DNA from: an uncultured Planctomycetota bacterium
GTDB taxonomy: Bacteria; Planctomycetota; Planctomycetia; Isosphaerales; Isosphaeraceae
Assembly (NCBI GenBank): GCA_963823665.1
Contig: CAWGMQ010000010.1
Span: 1,024,001-1,088,000 of the forward strand
Length of the DNA: 64,000 nucleotides
Reading direction: 5' to 3'
In this document: piece by piece, positions 29,201 to 37,505 of the stretch
How positions within the stretch are numbered: position 1 is the stretch's first letter
Layout of the letters: each line of letters starts with the position of its first letter
Translations under genes and position numbers: made by a program
The notes under the pieces: model-generated
Databases searched by the model: none
What the model was told of the DNA's origin: nothing
What the model saw: only the letters and a program-made list of their open reading frames with translations

Positions 29201-29349
29201 CCCAACGACACGGCATCCTCCATGCTGTCGAGAGAGGGAGGATCCTCTTCGTCCAAGCCCAGCCGCATCAAGCAGAGCGGGCAAATGCCCGCGGGCGAAT
29301 CGGCGGGCCGTGGTGTACCACACGTCGGGCAGGGATCGGTCTCCACCAT
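26206..29349 (-). CDS. Ser/Thr protein kinase with TM helix and C-terminal TPR region
   Basis: IARGGMGIV, HRDLKPSN, MDWG, GTPAYMAPEQ, TM segment and TPRs. Confidence 0.92.
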   Translation of the reverse strand: MVETDPCPTCGTPRPADSPAGICPLCLMRLGLDEEDPPSLDSMEDAVSLGADRAEPNGVVGERLRTDVTAIEIGDIAAYAGDKWSLQGAKLAEPGRRLFILGEIARGGMGIVLLGHDTELGRDIAIKVLHDKHRDHPNMIDRFVAEARIAGQLQHPGVVPVHELGILADRRPFFTMKLVRGSTLAEILADRSAQAADRAQLLRIFLRVADAIGYAHERSVIHRDLKPSNIMVGRHGEVMVMDWGLAKVSTRRDDADADAAGSRRSSSRVLPDSGVRMRERLVMGTPAYMAPEQFEAEEGSVDERADVFALGAVLSEILTGRPVYEGSSPDEIRHQAARGELAPALLALETCGADTDLIDLVRDCLATDRNGRPRCAGIVAARLSSYLGEVETRLRAAELARIEAQARAVEERKRGRLTAILAVLCILLAVLGASTYAGWLQRRHARETGAALVLREVEMLRDAAEVDPSCDPARWVTAGDTLRRASLLLADAPESIHERLAATRGQIEYGLARAQRIRGLLDRLEIACDRADDHDLARADTLFEESFQEAELRLEDAAPADVAGTIASWPAEVTLQVIAALDCWAIVLRDLEGDGIRPAGAWQVPLRVARAADPDPWRIALRNSLAAKDSDALARLADSDDLESRPPPSLWLLGRLLVWDDQTERAVDAMARARRAHPDDYWINLDLSLFLSLRPYRPQRAITFVTTAVALRPNSATARLRRGELLEILGEHAEAETELREAVRIAPNHGYAHFTLGHLHAARGRWEQAIPEYQAAIQLMPRHAAKIRIALAEALPHVVHPEHPNDALEWYAAGLLQIRQGDGAGAVRALGEAAARAKSGSPEAADMQGALEQAEEIVRLQSVLNGEASARDNLERRQFIRLCHRYGWGAGAVRLYVEALAADPHLPHVQGESHVMDAARAAAIAGTGRSRDVPSPGPAERARLRGLALVWLRTDLDDWYRRFAPDRRETRRRAAKYYRRWIENKDVAGVCDPKELAALPADECKAWRDFWREVEIRILVDPGYPGRGAPVQATSSLYEQQLGLFPD

Positions 29350-29415
29350 GGCAAAGCTCGCTCGTGCCGACGAATACCTGCTGTTCTCTGTAAGGGCGGA
29401 TTCCCACCGATCGTG

Positions 29416-30249
29416 TCAATCCTGCGGAGTCTTGGCTTTGGCCGGCTCGCCCGAGGTCGTGGGGGCCTTTGCTCCCTCAACGTTGGTCGTCGGGCTCGTT
29501 GCAGGTAGCTTCTCGCCCAGAGCTGCCAGGGCTTCCTGGGCAACCTTGGTGGGGTATGCTTCGGGATGGCCGCCGGCCATCTCTTTGAGTATCGCGACGG
29601 CGTCGGGTGTGTGAATGTGCTCCAGCAGCACGATGGCGCGAACGGCGCGGGTCCACTTCTTCTTGAGATTGCCTCGGAAACCGCGCGAGTTGATCAGTTC
29701 GACGCGATGCTCGGCCCACCACGACCCGCGGACCCCCCTGGCCGTCTTGGCGGAGAAATTGAAACCCGTCCCCACGGATCTGATCTGAATGTCTTCTCTC
29801 TCTTTCAAGGTATCGGGGTCGTATCCGCTCAGTATCTCGACCAGGCGACGGCGCACGGGGATTTCGGTGTAACGATCCATCAAGGTTTGAAGATCAATTG
29901 CAAGCCGGGGATCAAAGTACTCGAGCTCTTCGAAGGCGGGCTTCCAGAGTGCCTCGTTTTCGTTGCCCAGCTTGAGGAGCAGAGCCTTCACCTCGCCGGA
30001 CGAGATTTTGAGGGGTTTCAGCTTCGTTTTGAGGAAGCTGACGGCCTCCTTCGGGTGGTCGGCGAGTTTGAGCAACGCGCGCGTGGCGGCGGTTTCATCC
30101 TTCTCAAGGTCGGCCCAGTAGCCCTCCAACTGCTTCGGTTGCGCGGACGGGTCGTCGTCGCCAGATGAGCTCGCTGCGAGTGATGCGAGCGTCGCCAACC
30201 CCAATACGGCGGCCGTCAAGGCGGTGACCGTGCCTCGGAGAGTGAGCAT
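29416..30249 (-). CDS. Secreted helical-repeat hypothetical protein
   Basis: Signal peptide MLTLRGTVTALTAAVLGLATLASLAA. Motifs YWADL and RAVRAIVLLEHIHTPDAVAILKEMAGG resemble the C-terminal module of planctomycete WD40 proteins. Confidence 0.7.
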   Translation of the reverse strand: MLTLRGTVTALTAAVLGLATLASLAASSSGDDDPSAQPKQLEGYWADLEKDETAATRALLKLADHPKEAVSFLKTKLKPLKISSGEVKALLLKLGNENEALWKPAFEELEYFDPRLAIDLQTLMDRYTEIPVRRRLVEILSGYDPDTLKEREDIQIRSVGTGFNFSAKTARGVRGSWWAEHRVELINSRGFRGNLKKKWTRAVRAIVLLEHIHTPDAVAILKEMAGGHPEAYPTKVAQEALAALGEKLPATSPTTNVEGAKAPTTSGEPAKAKTPQD

Positions 30250-30542
30250 GGCCTGGGTTCTCCACACTTCCGCGCGGCGATAATGCCGGGGATTGTTTGC
30301 GCAACCGATGAATCGTCGGAGCAAAGCCGTCGCACTTCACATTGGATCGGCTGGAGCGGTTATCAGCAAGTCCCGAGCGAGCGAAAGACGTTTCGACCAC
30401 CAGGGCTGGAAGCGTTCCGGGACGTGGAATCTCCTGTCCGTCGAGTTGAACTTGCGGCGCGGTGACGACAAACTACGTTTGAGGGTATGCGGGCAGGTCG
30501 AGGTCGACGCGACCGTGCCCAGGGCGAAGCCGGGGAGCGAGC

Positions 30543-30950
30543 ATGAATCGCGTCGAAGTTCATCTCTGGGTCGCCGGCGTATTGCAGTGGCTGATCGCCT
30601 CGAGCAACCTCTTCGCCGCGCGGATCTTCGCCTACCGTGCGGAGATTGCCAAGCTGTCGCCATTCGTCCGCGAGGTCTTCATCGTTCAGAACATCTACAT
30701 CATGGCCATTGTTTCAATGTTCGGCATCGTGAGCATCGTATTTGCCTCGGAGCTGGCCGGCGGGTCTGGGTTGGGCCGGTTCCTGAGCGGCTTTCTGGCG
30801 GTCTTCTGGGGCGGCCGGATCATCATCCAGCTCTTCTTCTACGATCAAGAGGTCAAGCGCAGCCGGCCGATCGCGAACGTGTTGTTTCTCGCCACCTTCA
30901 TCTACCTCTGCAGCGTTTTCACCGTGGCCTGCGTGCGCCACAATCAATGA
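30543..30950 (+). CDS. Small integral membrane protein (about 4 TM)
   Basis: Hydrophobic ORF; paralogous to the next gene (AKLSPFVREVF vs AKLRPLTRQVF). Confidence 0.8.
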   Translation: MNRVEVHLWVAGVLQWLIASSNLFAARIFAYRAEIAKLSPFVREVFIVQNIYIMAIVSMFGIVSIVFASELAGGSGLGRFLSGFLAVFWGGRIIIQLFFYDQEVKRSRPIANVLFLATFIYLCSVFTVACVRHNQ

Positions 30951-30962
30951 AGAGGGGGTTTC

Positions 30963-31400
30963 GTGCCGATAGCCATTCCCTGGCATGGGCTGCTGGTAGG
31001 CGCCGGCCTTGCTCAACTGATCCTGGTGGTCGCCAGCCTGGCCATCCCGCGCTTGCTCGAGTGGAAGACCGATCTGGCCAAGCTTCGGCCACTGACGCGG
31101 CAGGTCTTCTGGACTTACGCCGGCTATATCTGGGTGACGAACCTGAGCTTCGGGGTGCTCTCGACGATGACACCAGAGCTTCTGCTGGATGGTTCTCTCC
31201 TGGCGAGATTCGTGTGCGGTTTCATCGCGGTCTACTGGGGGGCGAGGGTGGTGATTCAGTTTGCCTACTTCGACCGGAGTGACGTGCCCAAGGGGCTGTT
31301 CTTCGTCGTGGCAGAAATTGCGCTGGTCACCCTGTTCGCCGGCCTGACGGTCATCTACGGCGGCCTCGTGCTCCGGGCCTTCGGAAGCCTGGGGTCATGA
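30963..31400 (+). CDS. Small integral membrane protein (about 4 TM)
   Basis: Hydrophobic ORF with RBS AGAGGGGG; ATGA overlap with the next gene. Confidence 0.8.
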   Translation: MPIAIPWHGLLVGAGLAQLILVVASLAIPRLLEWKTDLAKLRPLTRQVFWTYAGYIWVTNLSFGVLSTMTPELLLDGSLLARFVCGFIAVYWGARVVIQFAYFDRSDVPKGLFFVVAEIALVTLFAGLTVIYGGLVLRAFGSLGS

Positions 31401-32386
31401 GCGCGTACTGGCCGCTCCATGCGGTGGATGTCGGCGGCACGGTCGCTCTGCTGGCGACAGTCATCCTTCTTGGTTTTGTTGTTGCGCGGGTGAGGCCGTT
31501 CTGGTTTGCGCGGGTTTGTGCCTGGGCTCTGACCGTGGCGGGCGTGGTGGCCTCGGAGCGATTGAATCGAGAGGAGCCGGCGGGGTTCCGCATGCTGGCG
31601 ATCATCGGCGCGCTGCTCTACGGCATGAAGGCCGTTGTCTCGGTCGAGGTGCAAGCTCAGGGAGGCCGGCCGCTCGCGTTCGCCCGGTGGATCGGCTTCG
31701 CCGCGCTCTGGCCCGGAATGCGGCCGGGGCCGTTCGCTCGTCGCGCCGCGGCGGCGTCGTTACCGGGCGTCCGGCGGCTCTTGATGGGTGGGGCGGCGCG
31801 GTTGCTCGCGGGCGTGGCGATGGTCGTCCTGGCGCGGCTGGCCTGGGTGCTCACGTCGTCCAGGCTGGTGGCCACGCCGCCACTTCTGGTGGGGCTCAGC
31901 TTGATTGTCCACTTCGGCGTGTTCGACTTGCTTGCCGCGGCCTGGCGATGGCAGGGCGTCGATTGTCAGCGACTGTTCCGCTCTCCGCTTCGATCGACCA
32001 ACCTGCGCGAATTCTGGGGGCGACGGTGGAACCTGGCGTTCTCCGAGATGACGGCGATCGCGGTTTATCAACCCCTTGTCCGCGTATTCGGCCGGGGGCC
32101 CGCGCTGACGGCGTCGTTCTTGGGCTCGGGCGTTCTGCACGAACTGGCGATCAGCGTGCCCGTTCGGGCCGGGTACGGCCTGCCGATGGCCTACTTCTTG
32201 CTGCACGGCGTCTTGATGATGTGCGAGGCTCGGCTGGCACGCGCAAAGCGGCCGATCGACCGCGTCCGCTGGATCGGCCGCGTCTGGACGCTCGCCTGGC
32301 TGCTGGTGCCGCTGCCCATCCTGTTCCATCGGCCGTTTCTGGCAGGCGTTGTCTGGCCACTGATCGGGCTGGATTCCAGACGGTAG
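31397..32386 (+). CDS. Membrane-bound O-acyltransferase (MBOAT / wax synthase-like)
   Basis: PLRSTNLREFWGRRWNLAFS and FLGSGVLHELAISVP (catalytic Asn/His region). Confidence 0.85.
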   Translation: MSAYWPLHAVDVGGTVALLATVILLGFVVARVRPFWFARVCAWALTVAGVVASERLNREEPAGFRMLAIIGALLYGMKAVVSVEVQAQGGRPLAFARWIGFAALWPGMRPGPFARRAAAASLPGVRRLLMGGAARLLAGVAMVVLARLAWVLTSSRLVATPPLLVGLSLIVHFGVFDLLAAAWRWQGVDCQRLFRSPLRSTNLREFWGRRWNLAFSEMTAIAVYQPLVRVFGRGPALTASFLGSGVLHELAISVPVRAGYGLPMAYFLLHGVLMMCEARLARAKRPIDRVRWIGRVWTLAWLLVPLPILFHRPFLAGVVWPLIGLDSRR

Positions 32387-32462
32387 ACCGCCCGGACCGA
32401 CCGCGTTACCTTGGGGCAGTCGGACGCGGAACGCACCGCCTGGGTCAAAACCGAGGGTCGTC

Positions 32463-33920
32463 ATGAAAGCATGGGTTTGGAGAGTCGTTGCGCTTGTGGG
32501 CTTTGGCGTGATGCTGGGCGCGTATGTGTCGCGCGAGCGTATCGATTCCAAGGCACCCTGGGCATCGGGCATGATCGTGATCAGTTCCGAGGCGTCGGCC
32601 GAAAAGACCTGGCGTGCGGGAGCGATCCCAGCGCGGCTGCGGCTGCTGTCGTCGAGCGACGTCGCCGAGATCCTGCTTTTCGCGAGTGGCGACATGCCCC
32701 CAAACAAGGCACTGGGGGTGAAGGGCCAGGTGCGGGTCAAGCTGATCGAGCTTCCTCTTGCGATGGCGGGCATCGGCGCCGCTGCGCTGCAATCGGGCCG
32801 CCTGCCCGATCCCGGCCGCGATGAGGTCGTGGCCGGCGCGGGGATCGAGCCGCGCGAAACATTGAGCGTCGGGGGACGGTCGCTCAAGGTGGTCGGAGTC
32901 TTGAAGCCCGACCTGGCGCTCTTCGCCAGCTCGTACCTCGTTCCCGTCGAAGCGGTTCCTACCGACGCGACCAACAAGCTTTTCCCGGCCGAGGTTCCGA
33001 CGGTGCTTCATGCCTGGCTGGTGCACGCCTCGGCCGCAGAACTGCGCGACCCGAAAATCCGCAAAGAGCTGGAGGAGGTCTTTCCACCCGAGAAATACGC
33101 CTGGGTCACGCCACTTGACCGGCTCGAGCCTCGGAGCTTTTATCTTTATCTTTCCGGACTGGCGATTTTCCTTCTGGGCGGCTCCGGTACGCTGATCGGA
33201 CTGTTTCGCTGGCTGGCGGGCAAGGTCGGCTCGCCGGTTGTCGCCGGGCCACTCCTGGAAATGAGGGTCAGACCCCGGCTGGTCTGGAGCGTGCATGTGG
33301 TTTACTTCGGGCTGGTGATTGCCGGCTCGCTTCTCGTTTTCAAGGCGCCGGAGGCCCAGGTCGTTCTGCTGGACCAGGTTCGCGAGGGGCTTGCGACGAA
33401 AAGCAATCCTCTGGGCATCGCAGGCGAGGCCTACTCGAGTGGAAATATCCCCCGTGCCATCGTCACGACGTTCCTGGTCAACTTCTTGCCTGGAGATCCC
33501 GGAGTTGGACACCCGGTCACTCAACGCGCCCCCGTCGTGACATTCCTGGTCAACTTCCTGCTGGGCGCACTGGCCTCGATCATGCTCCCGTCGATGCTCT
33601 TGCCGGCGAGCGGAGTCGTTGTGGCGGCCCTTCGCGCCCTGGCGTGCGGTCTGATCCTCGCGCCGGCGATGCAACCGCTGGCACTCGCCATGTTGCCACA
33701 CTGCCTGACGATACTCCTGGCGGGAGAAGGCTACATCCTCGCCACGCTGTTCGGCCTCTTGATCCCGATCCACGTCGTCCAGCGCAGCCTGGGAGGGAAC
33801 GTCTTCACGCGATTCGGCCGCGCTCTCTTGCTCAATTTCAAGGCCCAGTTCTGGATCGCCCTGGTGCTGGCCGTGGCGGCAATCTACGAGGCCACCGAGG
33901 TCATCTTGATGAACCTGTGA
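32463..33920 (+). CDS. Membrane protein with a periplasmic MacB-like region and a C-terminal SpoIIM-like TM domain
   Basis: LQSGRLP...DEVVAG...LKVVGVL; C-terminal MLPHCLTILLAGEGY...LAVAAIYEA. Confidence 0.6.
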   Translation: MKAWVWRVVALVGFGVMLGAYVSRERIDSKAPWASGMIVISSEASAEKTWRAGAIPARLRLLSSSDVAEILLFASGDMPPNKALGVKGQVRVKLIELPLAMAGIGAAALQSGRLPDPGRDEVVAGAGIEPRETLSVGGRSLKVVGVLKPDLALFASSYLVPVEAVPTDATNKLFPAEVPTVLHAWLVHASAAELRDPKIRKELEEVFPPEKYAWVTPLDRLEPRSFYLYLSGLAIFLLGGSGTLIGLFRWLAGKVGSPVVAGPLLEMRVRPRLVWSVHVVYFGLVIAGSLLVFKAPEAQVVLLDQVREGLATKSNPLGIAGEAYSSGNIPRAIVTTFLVNFLPGDPGVGHPVTQRAPVVTFLVNFLLGALASIMLPSMLLPASGVVVAALRALACGLILAPAMQPLALAMLPHCLTILLAGEGYILATLFGLLIPIHVVQRSLGGNVFTRFGRALLLNFKAQFWIALVLAVAAIYEATEVILMNL

Positions 33921-34636
33921 GGCGGCGTCGAAGAGCCGCGAACGTGGAGCGGTCTATTTCGGGGCGCTGACCGTGCTGCGCTGCGCTCGGCTTCGGCGAA
34001 CCAATCGCGGATCGACAGAGCAAAACCAGGCAGGACATCGCCGCCGTCCAGGGTCTGATCCTCGCGGAGCAAGACCGATCGATGTTTTTCCGTGTAAACC
34101 CGGACCGTCCGTTTCTTGGGATTGACGTACCAGACCAGGCGAACGCCAGCGCGGAAGTACTCATCGAGCTTCCGGGCCATTTCCTTGGGGGTGTTCCCCT
34201 CGCTGAGCACTTCAACGACCAAGTCCGGCACAACTTGGGGGATCTCGCCCCGCCGCCGCTTGCGCTTCGGGTAACGCGCCCACGAGATGAACGCCGTGTC
34301 GGGGATGCGTACCACGCCAGGGAAGATCCGCATCATGCCGTCGGCACCGACGATCTTGCCGAGGTCGTGGGTCTTCAAGTAGTCGAAGAGAGTCCCAAGC
34401 AGCAGGGCTGCGTAGATCGATTCATCGAATCCCATGACTTTATCCACGAGCGTTCCGTCGACGAGCTCACACAGCCGGTTCTCGCGATCGTGGACCGCGA
34501 TGACGTCGCTCTCGGTGGCCGTGCCGGGGAATGGGTGAAAGCGAACCCGATTGGCGGAGATCCCGCCCAGACTCTCCAAGAGGTCGGCGAGGGTCCGGTG
34601 GTTGAGGATAGGCGAAGTTGCGGTTGCTGTCGCCAT
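33884..34636 (-). CDS. Uma2-family endonuclease
   Basis: CELVDGTLV, RIPDTAFIS, PDLVVEVLSEGNT, EYFRAGVRLVWYV. Confidence 0.9.
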   Translation of the reverse strand: MATATATSPILNHRTLADLLESLGGISANRVRFHPFPGTATESDVIAVHDRENRLCELVDGTLVDKVMGFDESIYAALLLGTLFDYLKTHDLGKIVGADGMMRIFPGVVRIPDTAFISWARYPKRKRRRGEIPQVVPDLVVEVLSEGNTPKEMARKLDEYFRAGVRLVWYVNPKKRTVRVYTEKHRSVLLREDQTLDGGDVLPGFALSIRDWFAEAERSAARSAPRNRPLHVRGSSTPPHRFIKMTSVAS

Positions 34637-34668
34637 GACGGCCGCCTGGAACGTTGGGTCCAACACAC

Positions 34669-35337
34669 TCACCGCATTGTCTCACTGCGCGGGGGAGCGA
34701 GACAAGCCGAGTGCAGCCTTTCCCGACGCTGCTGCCTGGCCCGCGCGCCAATGGCTCGGCCACGCGGAATCGCCGAAGTTCGACGAACACCAGGCTGTGC
34801 GCAGCGAACGCCTCTCCGGTGGATCAATGGCCGCGTCAAAGGTTCCTGACACCTTTTTTCGAGCGCGGTCAGCCGGAACGCGTCCCAGGTGCGCGGGGCG
34901 AGTCGCGGCCGTACGAGCGCCATCGCCTGGTCCATCAGCTCGCGCTCGAATTCCTCCTCGAGGTCCCGGACGAGATCGTCGCCGGCCTGGAGGCTCGCGA
35001 AAAACTCGGCCATCCGGCTGTCGCCGCTACCGACACCCGCTCGCTTCCGCTCAGCGACCAGGTCACGCCAGGGGTGATGCGTGAGCGTCTTGAGCCATCC
35101 GCGGAAGCTCCGCGACGGATCATAGGCGAAATTCGCCATCAAACAACTGAGCTTCATGAGCACGGCCTGGGCGACGTCGTGGGCGTCGGGTTCCTTGAGC
35201 CCCCAGCCGCGACACCACTTGAGGAGCTGGGGCTGGTAGCGTGCGACGAAGTCATTCCAGGCGGACTGGTCCTTGGGGTCCTGCCGGAGCCGGCCCAGCA
35301 AAGTGACGCTGGTCCGCAAGGAGTGGTCTTCTGGCAC
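34669..35337 (-). pseudogene. ECF sigma factor truncated within region 4 (paralogue of 45080-45728)
   Basis: RTSVTLLGRLRQDPKDQSAWNDFVARY...FRGWLKTL. Similarity to the paralogue stops at AFRLTALE (~34860) and continues into unrelated sequence. Confidence 0.8.
34838..34856. repeat. REP-like palindrome AAAGGTTCCTGACACCTTT
   Basis: AAAGGT-N7-ACCTTT inverted repeat, located exactly at the sigma truncation point. Confidence 0.65.
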
Positions 35338-35444
35338 GAGGATCGTCTCCCCAAGGCGCCTGAGCGTTCGATTGCCTCGTCCGAATGCAAGCTTGCACAA
35401 TCCGAGCATACCCGAAGACGAAATCAAGAAAAAGGAATTGAGCG

Positions 35445-35487
35445 GTCTTAGGTTTTCGCGCGATGCCAGTAATGACTGCTAGACGAC
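35445..35487 (+). promoter_or_regulatory. Conserved bipartite motif, copy 1 (putative ECF sigma promoter)
   Basis: GTCTTAGGTTTTC-gcgcgatgcc-AGTAATGA-ctgc-TAGACGAC, preceded by an A-tract. Confidence 0.7.
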
Positions 35488-35619
35488 CATCAGCTTGCTA
35501 GCAGATCCGCGTGAGGAACCGTTTTGTGCAGAGCAGTTGAACGGCGAGAATCATCACTGATAGCCGACTTGCCCTTCGGAGGCAAGGTGCTCTTGGTCTT
35601 GCCCCGGAAAGGGACTGTC

Positions 35620-37426
35620 ATGGGTCGCAACACTCTTGGAATCGTCTGGCGGAATTGGTCTTCTTGGTCGGGACGGGGTAGGGCGCCGCGGTCTCGCCGG
35701 AGCGATCCGCGACGTATGCGGCCGGGACTCCTGGAGCTGGAGGACCGCCGGCTCCTCTCGACGACATTCACTGTGACCAACACCGACTCGAGCGGCCCCG
35801 GCTCGCTGGCCTATGAGATCGGTAAGGCCAATTCGTCATCGGGTGCCAGCACCATCAAATTCGCTGCGGCGGACTTTGGCACCTCGCAAACGATCACGCT
35901 GGGTGGAAACCCTCTCGAGCTGAGCAACACGAAGGGGATGGAGACGATCACGGGCCCGGCGGCGGGAGTCAGCATCAGCGGCGGAGGTCTGAGCCGGGTC
36001 TTCCAGGTCGACAGCGGTGTCACGACGGCGCTCTCGGGCTTGACGATCACCGACGGCAAAGCCAGCGCAAACTCGAGCGGCGGCGGCCTCTACAGTGAAG
36101 GCACGGCGAGCCTGAACGGCTGCACCATCAGCAGCAGCTCGGCCGGCGAGTCCGGCGGTGGCCTGGACAATGCCGGCACGGGGAACCTGACCGTCTCCGA
36201 CTGCACCATCAGCGGGAACTCGGCCGGCGAGTCCGGCGGCGGCCTGTACAATGGCGGCACGACGACCTTGACCGACTGCACCATCAGCGGAAACTCGGCC
36301 AAAACCGGCGGCGGCGGCCTGGTCAACCGGATCACGGCGCACCTGACCCTGGCCGACTGCACCTTGAGCGCAAACGCGGCCCACAACGACGGCGGCGGCC
36401 TTTACAATGCCGGCACAGCGTCCCTCTCCGACTGCACAATCAGCGGAAACTCGTCCGGGCTGGTCGGCGGCGGCCTGAACTGTGCCGGTTCCGGTACTGC
36501 GCACCTGACCGACACGATCGTCGCAGGCGATACGGGCCCTTCCGGCGCCAGCGACATCACCGGTTCTGGCACTGTCTCGGGCACCTATAACTTGATCGGT
36601 ACCGGCGGCTCGGGGGGGCTTACCAACGGGGCGAGCCATAATATCGTCCTGACGAGCCTTGCGAGCCTCGGCCTGGACAAGCTGGGGCCCTACGGCGGGC
36701 CGACCCAGACGATGGCGCTGATTGCCCGGCAGCGCGGCCATCGGCAAGGGCGAATCCACCAGCGGCATCAAGACCGACCAGCGCGGTTTTCCGCTCGATT
36801 CGCCCACTCCCGACATCGGCGCTTTCCAGAGCCAGCCGATTGTGGAGCTCACCGCGTCTGCCCGCTCTGCCGTCTACGGGCAGACCGTCACCTTCGTCGC
36901 CACCGTGACCGGGCTCGGCGGGGTGCCAACTGGCGAGGTCACGTTCTCCGACGACGGCACCGCGCTGGGTACCGCCTCGCTTGACGGCTCGGGCAAGGCG
37001 ACGCTGACCGCCTCGACCCTTCCCATCGGCGGCAACGCGATCACCGCCAGCTTCAGCGGCGAAACGGACCTTCCGGACAACAACCTGGCGCAGACGGCGG
37101 TATCGGTCACCCGGGCCGGCAGCAGCATGGTGCTGGTGCTGCAGGAGATACGCAACCGGGAGAAGAAAGTGGTGTCGCTGGGACTGGAGGCCGAGATTGA
37201 GCCCAAGGCCCCCGGCGCGGGCGTGCCCACCGGCACGGTCACGTTCGAATTGTTGCCGAAGAACAAGAAGCCCACCGTGCTCGGAACGGCCTCCCTCAGC
37301 GGGGGCGTGGCCACGCTGACCGTCGCGACAGCCAGCGTGCTGAACGAGTCGATCAAGATCCTCTATGGCGGCGACGCGGACTTCCAGACGAGCACATTGA
37401 CGCGAACGATCACCATAAGAACTTGA
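35620..37426 (+). CDS. Secreted parallel beta-helix protein with choice-of-anchor-Q-like and Ig-like (group 3) domains (frameshift near 36721)
   Basis: LLELEDRRLLS motif; LTDCTISGNSA..GGGL repeats; YGGPTQTMAL..PGSAAI..TDQRG..PDIGAFQ; GQTVTFVATV. Confidence 0.85.
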
Positions 37427-37505
37427 TCAATCGGCGCAGGCTGCTGCCGGACGCGAGTAATCACTGATCGAGGCATCGCAGATCTTTCCGCGGGAAGGGA
37501 CGGTC

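Noticed and set aside
35568..35586. UUCG-capped hairpin (CTTGCC-CTTCGG-A-GGCAAG) in the leader after promoter copy 1, read as a terminator or riboswitch
   Set aside because: It has no U-tract and is not shared with the other two leaders. A single short hairpin is insufficient evidence.
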